Source of the DNA: Alphaproteobacteria bacterium
Lineage (GTDB): Bacteria > Pseudomonadota > Alphaproteobacteria > UBA7887
Length of the DNA stretch: 64,000 nucleotides
Reading direction: 5' to 3'
NCBI GenBank assembly: GCA_965216755.1
Contig: CBDCGL010000011.1
Location: forward strand, 2,496,001 to 2,560,000
The translations under genes and the position numbers were made by a program. The notes under the pieces were generated by a model. The model was not told where the DNA came from and searched no databases. It saw only the letters and a list, made by a program, of their open reading frames with translations. Positions 27,331 through 35,936 of the stretch are shown here, piece after piece (position 1 is the stretch's first letter; each line of letters starts with the position of its first letter).

Positions 27331-28162
27331 GGCTTGTTGAGATTCATCGAGAATTGATGACCGCGGCGCATGCGTGAATCATGGAACAAAAGTTACGATC
27401 TGTCTTTTCGCAACGCATGGCGACCGCTTTGAATTCCTTGAGCTTCGCAAAGAAGTTTTCGATCAGGTGGCGCCACTTGTAGATCTCCAGATCAATCTTG
27501 AGAGGGGCCAACCTCTGGGGGCGTTGCGAAATGACGATCTGCGCCCCGCGTTCATTCATCTCTTCGATGATCCAGTTGGAATCGAATGCTTTATCGGCCA
27601 GCACTGCGTCGAATTCGATGTCTTCGATTAGCGGCGCAACACCGACCGTATCGTAACGGTTTCCCGCCAGCAGGACAAAGCGTACGAGATTTCCCAAGCC
27701 ATCCGTCAGCGCAAGGATTTTGGTGGTCCAGCCTCCCTTCGACTTGCCGATGGCTTGATTTTGAGTCCCCCTTTTGCGCCGTGTCCGTGGCGGTGGACCG
27801 GAACAATGGTGGCGTCGATCATGGCATATTCCATATCAGGGTCATCCGAGACCGCGGCAAAGAGGCGTTCGAAAACGCCCGCCTTCGACCAATCGTCAAA
27901 CCGCTTGAATACCGTGTTCCACTTGCCGAATTCTTCAGGAAGATCGCGCCAAGGACTGCCCGTCCGCGCCTTCCACAAAACCCCTTCGACAAACAACCGG
28001 TTGTTATCACCACTGCGGCCCGGATCAGTCCGCTTGCCTAAGCAATGCGGCTCCATCTTGGCCCATTGATCGTCTGAAAGTACTGTACGCGTCATCAAAG
28101 CCCCCAAAAGGAAGCTTGAATCACAAATACAACACCATGGGAATCCTAATTCTCAACAAGCC
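27331..28162 (-). mobile_element. IS5-family insertion sequence (IS427-like, two ORFs)
   Basis: TIRs GGCTTGTTGAGA / TCTCAACAAGCC; CTAG (or TA) direct repeat on both sides. Confidence 0.92.
27344..28095 (-). CDS. IS5 transposase, OrfA/OrfB joined by probable -1 frameshift
   Basis: OrfA LSDDQW, TGSPWRDLP; slippery AAAAGGGGG near 27767-27775; OrfB GGWTTKI, LADKAFD, RHLIENFF. Confidence 0.88.
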
Positions 28163-28978
28163 CTAGTGCGACATTACGATCGGCACGGTCATGTGGCGCA
28201 GCAGATCGCGCGTGACACCGCCCAGCACCAACTCGCGGACTCGCGAATGGCCATAGGCGCCCATGACGATGAGATCCGCGCCCGCATCACTGACCGCATT
28301 GAGCAATTCATCGGCGACGTCAATCTCTGGCGTCAGACTGCGCCGCACGTCGACCTTCAAGCCGTGATGGGCCAAGTGGGTCGCAATATCGGCGCCGGCG
28401 ATATGGTCTTCGTCGGGTGGATTGACCGACTGCACGATCACGGTATCCGCCTTCTGCAAAATGGGTAATGCGTCGTGAACCGCGCGTGTCGCTTCGCGGC
28501 TGCTGTTCCACGCAACCATGACCGTTTTGCCCATGGTCGCTTGCGGCGCGATGCGTGGCACGACCAGTACCGGCCGTCCACACGCCATAACCAGTTCGTC
28601 GGGCAGAGCCCCTTCCCCGGCCTCGACATCTTCATCGGGCTGAGAAACAACGACCAAGTCGGCATACTGGCCGTGCGTCGCCAGAAGTCCAATCGGTTCA
28701 CCTTCGACCCGGCGCCATTCCGCGGTGACACCATGGCGCGCCACGGTCTCGTTGAAAGCGCTCTCAACGTCGCGCGCGCGTTCATAAAATTGGGCACGCG
28801 TTTGGGCGATCAAGTCGCCGCCGATCTGCGCCGCAACGAAACCGGGCAGCTCCGGGTAATGCAACGCATACAAGGCCGTCAACCGGGCCTCGTGGCGTTG
28901 CGCGAGCCCAATGGCGACATCAAGTCGTTGCGCGTTGTGACTGTCTTCACTCGCGTGCACCAAAATATCTTTGATCAC
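28163..28978 (-). CDS. Universal stress protein (UspA family)
   Basis: IKDILVH, AWNSSREATRA, DLIVMGAYGHSR.RE..LGGVT; GTG start after GGAGG. Confidence 0.92.
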   Translation of the reverse strand: MIKDILVHASEDSHNAQRLDVAIGLAQRHEARLTALYALHYPELPGFVAAQIGGDLIAQTRAQFYERARDVESAFNETVARHGVTAEWRRVEGEPIGLLATHGQYADLVVVSQPDEDVEAGEGALPDELVMACGRPVLVVPRIAPQATMGKTVMVAWNSSREATRAVHDALPILQKADTVIVQSVNPPDEDHIAGADIATHLAHHGLKVDVRRSLTPEIDVADELLNAVSDAGADLIVMGAYGHSRVRELVLGGVTRDLLRHMTVPIVMSH

Positions 28979-29029
28979 TTCGTCGCCTCCTTGCCGTTGC
29001 ACCCCGCGGCACCAGCAGTCGTTTTGTTT

Positions 29030-29072
29030 ATAGTAAGGTTCTGAGAGGCCTGAAAACCTTCACCTGGATCAA
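29030..29072 (-). promoter_or_regulatory. Putative FNR/FixK class II promoter of usp
   Basis: TTGAT-ccag-GTGAA at 29072-29059 and -10 TACTAT at 29035-29030. Confidence 0.5.
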
Positions 29073-29194
29073 GCGCACGTGTCCGCGGCGCCGGGCTGAA
29101 CGCGCTGGACCTCATTGGATAACGTGATCCGACGTACCATGGGCTGCGAAAGCGCGTATGATGGCGCACCGATTGTCATCGCCGGATTACCGCC

Positions 29195-30025
29195 ATGACC
29201 GACTCACCCACGCCACCGGAATTCCACATCGATTTTGCCGACGACATGAGCTATGGCGACTATTTGCGCCTGGATTCGCTTCTAGCTTGCCAAAGTCCGA
29301 TATCTGACAGTCACGACGAAACACTGTTCATCATCATTCACCAGGCCACCGAACTGTGGTTGAAATTGGTGTTGCACGAACTGACTGCGGCCATGGCCCA
29401 TATCCGCCAGGACGACTTGGGGCCGGCGTTGAAAATGCTGGCCAGAGTCAGCCGCATTCAAGAGCAGTTGGTCCAGTCTTGGTCGGTGTTGTCGACCATG
29501 ACGCCAACCGACTATCTGCGCTTCCGCGACCGGCTCGGTCATGCCTCAGGTTTTCAGTCGCATCAATTCCGCAGCCTGGAGTTCTTGCTCGGCAATCGCG
29601 ATGTCGCCTTGCTGGCGCCGTTCCGTCACAGCCCGCAAATACACGGCGCGCTCGACACGATTCTTTCCGCGCCCAGCCTTTATGACGAATGTCTAAAACT
29701 GCTGGATAGACGTGGTTTTGCGCTCGCACCCCAGGCCGTCGAACGCGATTGGCGGCAGAGCTATACTGTGCAACCGAGCGTGGCGACCGCCTGGTTGGCG
29801 ATCTATCAAGACACCGACCAACATTGGGACCTCTATGAATTGGCCGAAGAATTGGTCGATCTGGAGGATGCATTTCAAACATGGCGGTTCCGCCATTTGA
29901 ACACGGTGGCGCGGATCATCGGTCACAAACGCGGCACGGGCGGCACCACGGGCGTTGACTATTTGCGCCGCGCGCTGGACATTCGAATATTCCCGGAACT
30001 CTGGGACGTGCGTACCGCCCTATGA
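29195..30025 (+). CDS. kynA: Tryptophan 2,3-dioxygenase
   Basis: YGDYL, HDETLFIIIHQATELW, SGFQS, WRFRH, GTGGT.G. Confidence 0.95.
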   Translation: MTDSPTPPEFHIDFADDMSYGDYLRLDSLLACQSPISDSHDETLFIIIHQATELWLKLVLHELTAAMAHIRQDDLGPALKMLARVSRIQEQLVQSWSVLSTMTPTDYLRFRDRLGHASGFQSHQFRSLEFLLGNRDVALLAPFRHSPQIHGALDTILSAPSLYDECLKLLDRRGFALAPQAVERDWRQSYTVQPSVATAWLAIYQDTDQHWDLYELAEELVDLEDAFQTWRFRHLNTVARIIGHKRGTGGTTGVDYLRRALDIRIFPELWDVRTAL

Positions 30026-30038
30026 ATGCCATCGGGCG

Positions 30039-31289
30039 TTAGGGCACCCGCGCCCGCGCTTGGAATTCGGGTCGCCGCCACGCGCCGCTACGCATCACGC
30101 GAGCCAGGCGATCGACCGCATCCCAGACATCGACATAGCGGACATAGAGCGGCGCAAAACCAAAACGCATCAGATCGGGCGGGCGCATATCGCCGATTAC
30201 GCCTTCGCCAATTAGCGCCTGCATGATCGCGTAGGCCGACTCGTGGCGCAGCGAGACATGGCTGCCGCGACTGCCGGTGGGAACTTCGACAATTTCAAAC
30301 CCATCGTCCGCGCAGTTGGCGGCAATCAATTCTTCAAACAATGTGCACAAGGCCACAGACTTGGCCCGGATGTCGGCCATGTCCGCGCGCAATACGACGT
30401 CCAACGCCGTATCCAATGCGGCCATGGCAAGAACCGGCGGCGTGCCGCAGAGCAGCCGGTTGATATCGGCGGCCGGGCGATAGTTCGGCGCGAAGTCGAA
30501 CGGCGCGATATGGCCCATCCAACCGGTGATGGGCGGCTCCAGGGTCGCCTGGTGCCGTTCGGCGACAAACGCAAAGGCTGGCGCGCCCGGTCCGCCGTTG
30601 AGGTATTTGTAGCCGCAGCCGACCGCGAAATCAGCGCGGCTGCCATTGAGATCGACCGGGACCGCGCCGGCACTATGAGAAAGGTCCCACAAAATGAGTG
30701 CGCCGTCGCCATGGGCGGCGGTGGTCACCTGGTCCATGTCGTACATGCGGCCGGACCGGTAGTCGACATGAGTCAAGGTCACCACCGCGATGGTGTCATC
30801 GATCGCGCGCGCAATTTCGTCGCGTGGCGCATAGACCACATCACAGGCGGTGCGCGAGAAGTGATTGATGTATGAGATCAGCCCTTCGGCGATATAGCCG
30901 TCGGTCGGAAATCCATGGGCTTCGGTCAAGATGCGGAAACGGTCGCGTTGCATGCGCAATGCGGCCGCCAGCAACTTAAACAGGTTGACCGACGTCGAAT
31001 CACACACCACGACTTCGCCCGCGCGCGCGCCGATCAGTTTGGCGATTTTATCGCCGGCATGACGCGGCAGGTCGACCCAGCCATTGATGTTCCAACTGCG
31101 GATCAGGTCCTCGCCCCATTGACGGTGCAACACAGCGTTCATGCGCGCGACCACCGATTGCGGCAACGGCCCCAGCGAGTTGCCATCCAAATAAACCAAC
31201 CCGTCGGGCAACAGAAACGCGCCGCGCAAGGGCGCCAAGGGATCCGTATTGTCGCGAGCGGCCAGCGCATCGCGGGTGGGGACGGTCAT
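30039..31289 (-). CDS. kynU: Kynureninase
   Basis: YLDGNSLG, DSTSVNL, WDLSHSAG, GCGYKYLNGGPG. Confidence 0.95.
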   Translation of the reverse strand: MTVPTRDALAARDNTDPLAPLRGAFLLPDGLVYLDGNSLGPLPQSVVARMNAVLHRQWGEDLIRSWNINGWVDLPRHAGDKIAKLIGARAGEVVVCDSTSVNLFKLLAAALRMQRDRFRILTEAHGFPTDGYIAEGLISYINHFSRTACDVVYAPRDEIARAIDDTIAVVTLTHVDYRSGRMYDMDQVTTAAHGDGALILWDLSHSAGAVPVDLNGSRADFAVGCGYKYLNGGPGAPAFAFVAERHQATLEPPITGWMGHIAPFDFAPNYRPAADINRLLCGTPPVLAMAALDTALDVVLRADMADIRAKSVALCTLFEELIAANCADDGFEIVEVPTGSRGSHVSLRHESAYAIMQALIGEGVIGDMRPPDLMRFGFAPLYVRYVDVWDAVDRLARVMRSGAWRRPEFQARARVP

Positions 31290-31314
31290 TTGCGATCTGC
31301 CGTTTGGTGTTAGT

Positions 31315-31484
31315 CTAGAGCCGTGTCCGACAATATTGAATCAATTCTGTTCGCGGTCCGGCGCGCGTCCACTTTGTCGGGCGGCTTGCACGATGCGCCA
31401 ACATCGCGCTCCGCCGCCCTTCGCGTGGATCGCCACGCCGGACCGCGAACAGAATTGATTCAATATTGTCGGACACGGCTCTAG
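31315..31484. mobile_element. 170-bp MITE-like palindromic element, copy B (inverted relative to copy A)
   Basis: CTAGAGCCGTGTCCGACAATATTGAATCAATTC... long TIRs; interior is the reverse complement of copy A with few differences. Confidence 0.85.
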
Positions 31485-31574
31485 GCACAGCGGCACGAAG
31501 CGGTCACGGTCGACAGTATATCGCTCGGCGCCATGTCGCGTTGTCCGGAATTGCCATGACACGGGAAGCATCAG

Positions 31575-32372
31575 ATGTCTGAACGCGAGGTCTTTGAGGT
31601 TCATGCGGTTCGCTACGCCGCGCTGACGCGCGGCGCGGCCGAAAATTTCATCGATCCCGGCCCGCACAACGGGCCGATGGACATGGACTTTTATGTATGG
31701 GCGGCGATCGGGCCGCGACACACTTACATTATCGACACCGGATATGGCGAAGCAGCGGCAAAGCGACGTGGACGCACTTTTTTGCAGCATCCGGTCGACG
31801 GCTTGCGCGCGATCGGCATCGACGCCGGCGCGATGACCGAGGTGATCGTGACCCATTTGCACTATGACCATATCGGCAACTACGACGCGTTTCCCAATGC
31901 GCGTTATCACCTTCATGACAAGGAGATGATGTTCGCCACCGGGCGCTATATGACCCATGAGGCGTTTCGACGCGCTTATGAAGTCGACGAAGTCGTCGGC
32001 ATGGTGCGCGCGGTGTTCGACGGACGCGTCGTTTTTTACGATCGCGACACCACTTTGACCCCGGGACTCAGCGTGCATCACATCGGCGGCCATACAATGG
32101 GATTGCAAGCGGTGCGCGTGTGGACGCGGCGCGGTTGGGTGGTGTTGGCGTCGGACGCGACACATTTCTACGCCAATATGGACGAAACACGACCATTCCC
32201 GATCGTCTATCACGTTGGCGAAATGATCGATGGCTATCGCAAATTGCACGCCTTGGCCGACTCGCCGGGACATATCATTCCTGGCCATGACCCATTGGTC
32301 TTGAAACGCTATCCGCCGGCCCGTTCCGAGCTGGAAGGTTTTGCCGCGCGACTCGATTTGGATCCGGCGTAA
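31575..32372 (+). CDS. N-acyl-homoserine lactonase family metallo-beta-lactamase-fold hydrolase
   Basis: THLHYDH, GGHT.G.Q, SDA.H, IPGHD. Confidence 0.88.
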   Translation: MSEREVFEVHAVRYAALTRGAAENFIDPGPHNGPMDMDFYVWAAIGPRHTYIIDTGYGEAAAKRRGRTFLQHPVDGLRAIGIDAGAMTEVIVTHLHYDHIGNYDAFPNARYHLHDKEMMFATGRYMTHEAFRRAYEVDEVVGMVRAVFDGRVVFYDRDTTLTPGLSVHHIGGHTMGLQAVRVWTRRGWVVLASDATHFYANMDETRPFPIVYHVGEMIDGYRKLHALADSPGHIIPGHDPLVLKRYPPARSELEGFAARLDLDPA

Positions 32373-32478
32373 CAAACGCGATCTGCGGCGCAGCCGTTGT
32401 CACAATGGCCCGTCGCCCATAATCTAGGCGGTCCGCTCTGCCGCCCTGGCACCGGAGGATTTCGAAAGGTCATCCACA

Positions 32479-34098
32479 ATGCCAACTCCGCTCATATACC
32501 CGTTCCGATCGGTCGGACACAGCCTGCGTGCAGTGGGCTTGGCGCTCCTGTGCACCATGGCCTTGATCGCCGCCCATGCGCCGGCGCACGCGGAGACGGT
32601 GCTGCGGATCGTGCCACACGCGGATCTCAAGAACATCGATCCGATCTGGACCACCGCCTATATCACCCGCAATCACGGCTACATGGTCTATGACACGCTG
32701 TTTGCCATGGACGCCAACCTTGAAGTGCAACCACAAATGGTTGGCGACTACAGCATCAGCGACGATGGCCTGACCTACGAATTTGTCTTGCGCGACGGAT
32801 TGACGTGGCATGACGGCGCGCCGGTTACCGCCGCGGACTGTGTCGCCTCGATCCGGCGATGGGGCGCGCGTGACGGCATGGGCCAAAAATTGATGGATTT
32901 CATCGCCAGCCTAGAGGCGGCGGATGATAAGACCATTCGCATGGTCCTGTCCGAACCCTATGGCCTGGTGCTGGCGTCACTCGGCAAGATCAGTTCCAAC
33001 GTGCCGTTCATGATGCCGAAACGACTGGCGGAAACAGACCCGTTTGAACAAGTTCCAGAGATCATCGGCTCAGGACCATTCAAATTTGTTGTCGACGAAT
33101 GGGTACCCGGCAGCAAGGTCATTTATGTCAAGAACACCGACTATCTGCCGCGCGACGAACCACCCAGCGCGCTTGCGGGCGGCAAAGTGGTCCATGTCGA
33201 CCGGGTCGAATGGCTCTATATCCCCGACGCGGCAACAGCGATGAATGCGCTGTTGAACGGTGAAATCGATTTCTACGAACTGCCGCCGATCGATCTGATT
33301 CCGATCATGGAGCAGGCACCGGGTGTCGAGGTCAAAGTGCTGAACCAGTTGGGCGAACAAGGCTGGGTGCGCTTGAACCATCTGCATCCGCCGTTCGACA
33401 ATCCCAAGGCGCGTGAGGCGATGCTGTGGTTGGTTGATCAATCGAGCTATTTGCAGGCGCTCGTCGGCAATCCGGACTATTACCAAACCTGCCCGGCCTA
33501 TTTCGGTTGTGGCGCGACCTATGAAAGCGATGCCGGTGCCGAGGCTTTGATGGGGCAGGATCTTGAGAAAGCCAAGCAATTGTTCGCCGAGGCCGGATAT
33601 GACGGTGAACCGATTGTCATTCTTCAGGCAACCGACATCCAGATCAACAATGGGGCCTCGCTGGTCACCGCGCAGCTGTTGCGCGAGGCCGGTCTAAATG
33701 TCGAATTGCAGGCGATGGATTGGAGCACGCTCACCTCTCGTCGCGCCGTATCGGACCCACCCGATCAAGGTGGTTGGAACGTGTTCATCACGTGGTGGAT
33801 CGGCGCGGATATCCTGAACCCGATTGTCAATATTGGCGTGTCCGGCGGCTGCCGCGATCGCGCGTGGTTCGGTTGGCCGTGCGACGAAGAACTGGAAGGC
33901 CTGCGTGATTCGTTTGCCCGCGCAACCGACCCCGCCGAACAGGCACGAATGGCAGAAGCGGTGCAACAACGCGCCTACAGTGTTGTCCCCTATGTCCCCT
34001 TCGGACAATGGTTCGCGCCGGTCGCATATCGCGACAATTTGCACGGCGTGATCGACGCGCCGGTGTTTCCGCTCAGTTGGAATATTGAAAAACGATAA
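32479..34098 (+). CDS. ABC transporter substrate-binding protein, family 5 (peptide/nickel type)
   Basis: DPIWTTAYITRNH, LRDGLTWHDG, IGSGPF. Confidence 0.92.
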   Translation: MPTPLIYPFRSVGHSLRAVGLALLCTMALIAAHAPAHAETVLRIVPHADLKNIDPIWTTAYITRNHGYMVYDTLFAMDANLEVQPQMVGDYSISDDGLTYEFVLRDGLTWHDGAPVTAADCVASIRRWGARDGMGQKLMDFIASLEAADDKTIRMVLSEPYGLVLASLGKISSNVPFMMPKRLAETDPFEQVPEIIGSGPFKFVVDEWVPGSKVIYVKNTDYLPRDEPPSALAGGKVVHVDRVEWLYIPDAATAMNALLNGEIDFYELPPIDLIPIMEQAPGVEVKVLNQLGEQGWVRLNHLHPPFDNPKAREAMLWLVDQSSYLQALVGNPDYYQTCPAYFGCGATYESDAGAEALMGQDLEKAKQLFAEAGYDGEPIVILQATDIQINNGASLVTAQLLREAGLNVELQAMDWSTLTSRRAVSDPPDQGGWNVFITWWIGADILNPIVNIGVSGGCRDRAWFGWPCDEELEGLRDSFARATDPAEQARMAEAVQQRAYSVVPYVPFGQWFAPVAYRDNLHGVIDAPVFPLSWNIEKR

Positions 34099-34134
34099 CG
34101 ACGCGCCTTAGCCGATAGCCTGAGCAGCATACCC

Positions 34135-35076
34135 ATGGTGGCGTTCATCGCGCGACGGGTACTGGCGACGATCCCGGTCATGGCGGTCGTCGCTATCTTT
34201 GTGTTTTTGCTGTTGCATTTAAGCCCTGGCGATCCTGCCACGGTGATCGCCGGCGACTATGCGAGCCCGGAAGACGTCGCCCGCATCCGCAGCCAGCTGG
34301 GGCTCGACCGGCCGCTTTACATTCAATTTGGAACATGGGTGTGGCGCTTGATGCAGGGCGACCTGGGCATTTCGATTTTCTCAAATTTGCCCGTCGCCAC
34401 CTTGATCGGCCAGCGCCTGGAGCCGACCGTGGCGCTTGCGTTGTGCACGTTGATTATTGCCGTGGTTATCGCGGTGCCGTTGGGGGCGATCGCCGCGTGG
34501 CGCGCGGGCACCTGGCTCGACCGTTTTGTGATGATGTTCGCCGTTGTCGGTTTCTCGGTACCGGTGTTTGTGCTCGGCTATATTCTGATTTACGTCTTCT
34601 CGCTCAAACTGCAAATGTTCCCGGTCCAAGGGTACGCCAATTTCACGGACGGCATCGGACCGTTTTTTCATCGGCTCGTGCTGCCCAGCCTGACCTTGAG
34701 CGTTATTTTCATCGCATTGATCGCCCGTGTGACCCGTGCCAGCGTGCTTGAGATCCTCGGCGAGGATTACATCCGCACCGCGCGCGCCAAGGGACTGTCG
34801 GAGCGCCTGGTGTTATTGCGGCACGCGCTCGGCAACGCGGCCGTTCCGATTGTCACGGTGATCGGGATCGGATTTGCGCTGTTGATCGGTGGCGTTGTCG
34901 TTACCGAGAGCGTGTTCAACATTCCGGGCCTCGGCCGACTCACCGTGGATGCGATACTGCGCCGCGATTATCCGGTGATCCAAGGGATTATCTTGGTGTT
35001 TTCCGCGACCTACGTGGTCGTCAATCTGATCATCGATATCTTGTACACCTTGTTTGATCCGAGGATCCGCTATTGA
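34135..35076 (+). CDS. ABC transporter permease (DppB-like)
   Basis: PGDPA, DYIRTARAKGL EAA loop, RDYPVIQG. Confidence 0.93.
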   Translation: MVAFIARRVLATIPVMAVVAIFVFLLLHLSPGDPATVIAGDYASPEDVARIRSQLGLDRPLYIQFGTWVWRLMQGDLGISIFSNLPVATLIGQRLEPTVALALCTLIIAVVIAVPLGAIAAWRAGTWLDRFVMMFAVVGFSVPVFVLGYILIYVFSLKLQMFPVQGYANFTDGIGPFFHRLVLPSLTLSVIFIALIARVTRASVLEILGEDYIRTARAKGLSERLVLLRHALGNAAVPIVTVIGIGFALLIGGVVVTESVFNIPGLGRLTVDAILRRDYPVIQGIILVFSATYVVVNLIIDILYTLFDPRIRY

Positions 35077-35936
35077 CCGCCGCCGACATCAGCGCACCCA
35101 AGACGACCAGTTTGTGGCGCCTCGCCCGACAGCATCTATCCGTGCGTGTCGGCGGAGTCATGTTGCTTGTTATGGCATTGGTCGCTTTGGCGGCGCCATG
35201 GCTGTTTACCGTCGACCCGGTGGCCTTGAACCCGATCGCGCGCCTCACGCCCCCCGACGCCGTTGCCTGGTTCGGCACCGATATGTTTGGTCGGGACATT
35301 TACAGTCGCACTGTCTTTGGTGCGCGCATTTCATTGGTGGTTGGCCTGTGCGCAGCCGTGATCAGCATCGCGGTCGGCCTAACCATTGGCCTATTGGCCG
35401 GCTATGTCCGCCTGCTTGACGCCATCATCATGCGCATCATGGACGGAATCATGGCAATCCCCGGCATCTTGCTGGCCATTGCCATGATTGCGCTAGCCGG
35501 CGCCAGTCTGACGACCGTCGTCGTCGCCATCACCACACCCGAGATTCCGCGCGTGGTCCGTTTGGTGCGGGCCGTGGTGCTGACCATCCGCGAAGAGCCC
35601 TATGTCGAAGCCGCGATCTCGGTCGGAACTCCGCTCGCAACCTTGCTGGTCCGCCATGTTCTGCCCAACACCTTTGCGCCCTTGATCGTACAAGGCACTT
35701 ATGTCTGCGCGTCGGCGATCATTACCGAAGCTATTCTGAGCTTTCTTGGCGCCGGCATCCCGCCTGAAATACCAAGTTGGGGCAATATCATGGCGGAAGG
35801 GCGAACCTATTTTCAGATCGCGCCGTGGATCATTTTTTTCCCCGGCATCGCGTTGGCGCTGACCGTTCTGGCCGTCAACATTTTGGGTGACGGGCTGCGC
35901 GACACGCTCGACCCACGCATCGCCAAGCGGCTGTGA
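35073..35936 (+). CDS. ABC transporter permease (DppC-like)
   Basis: FGTDMFGRD, YVEAA, LSFLG, GDGLRD.LDP. Confidence 0.93.
   Translation: MTAADISAPKTTSLWRLARQHLSVRVGGVMLLVMALVALAAPWLFTVDPVALNPIARLTPPDAVAWFGTDMFGRDIYSRTVFGARISLVVGLCAAVISIAVGLTIGLLAGYVRLLDAIIMRIMDGIMAIPGILLAIAMIALAGASLTTVVVAITTPEIPRVVRLVRAVVLTIREEPYVEAAISVGTPLATLLVRHVLPNTFAPLIVQGTYVCASAIITEAILSFLGAGIPPEIPSWGNIMAEGRTYFQIAPWIIFFPGIALALTVLAVNILGDGLRDTLDPRIAKRL

Noticed and set aside
27698-27780. Transposase as a frameshifted pseudogene
   Set aside because: The AAAAGGGGG overlap is the typical programmed -1 frameshift arrangement of this IS5 subgroup, and the -1 frame is open and conserved-looking.
31249-32375. ORFs ending in …PDREQN on both strands
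   Set aside because: They are artefacts of reading through the palindromic MITE and antisense to the lactonase gene.
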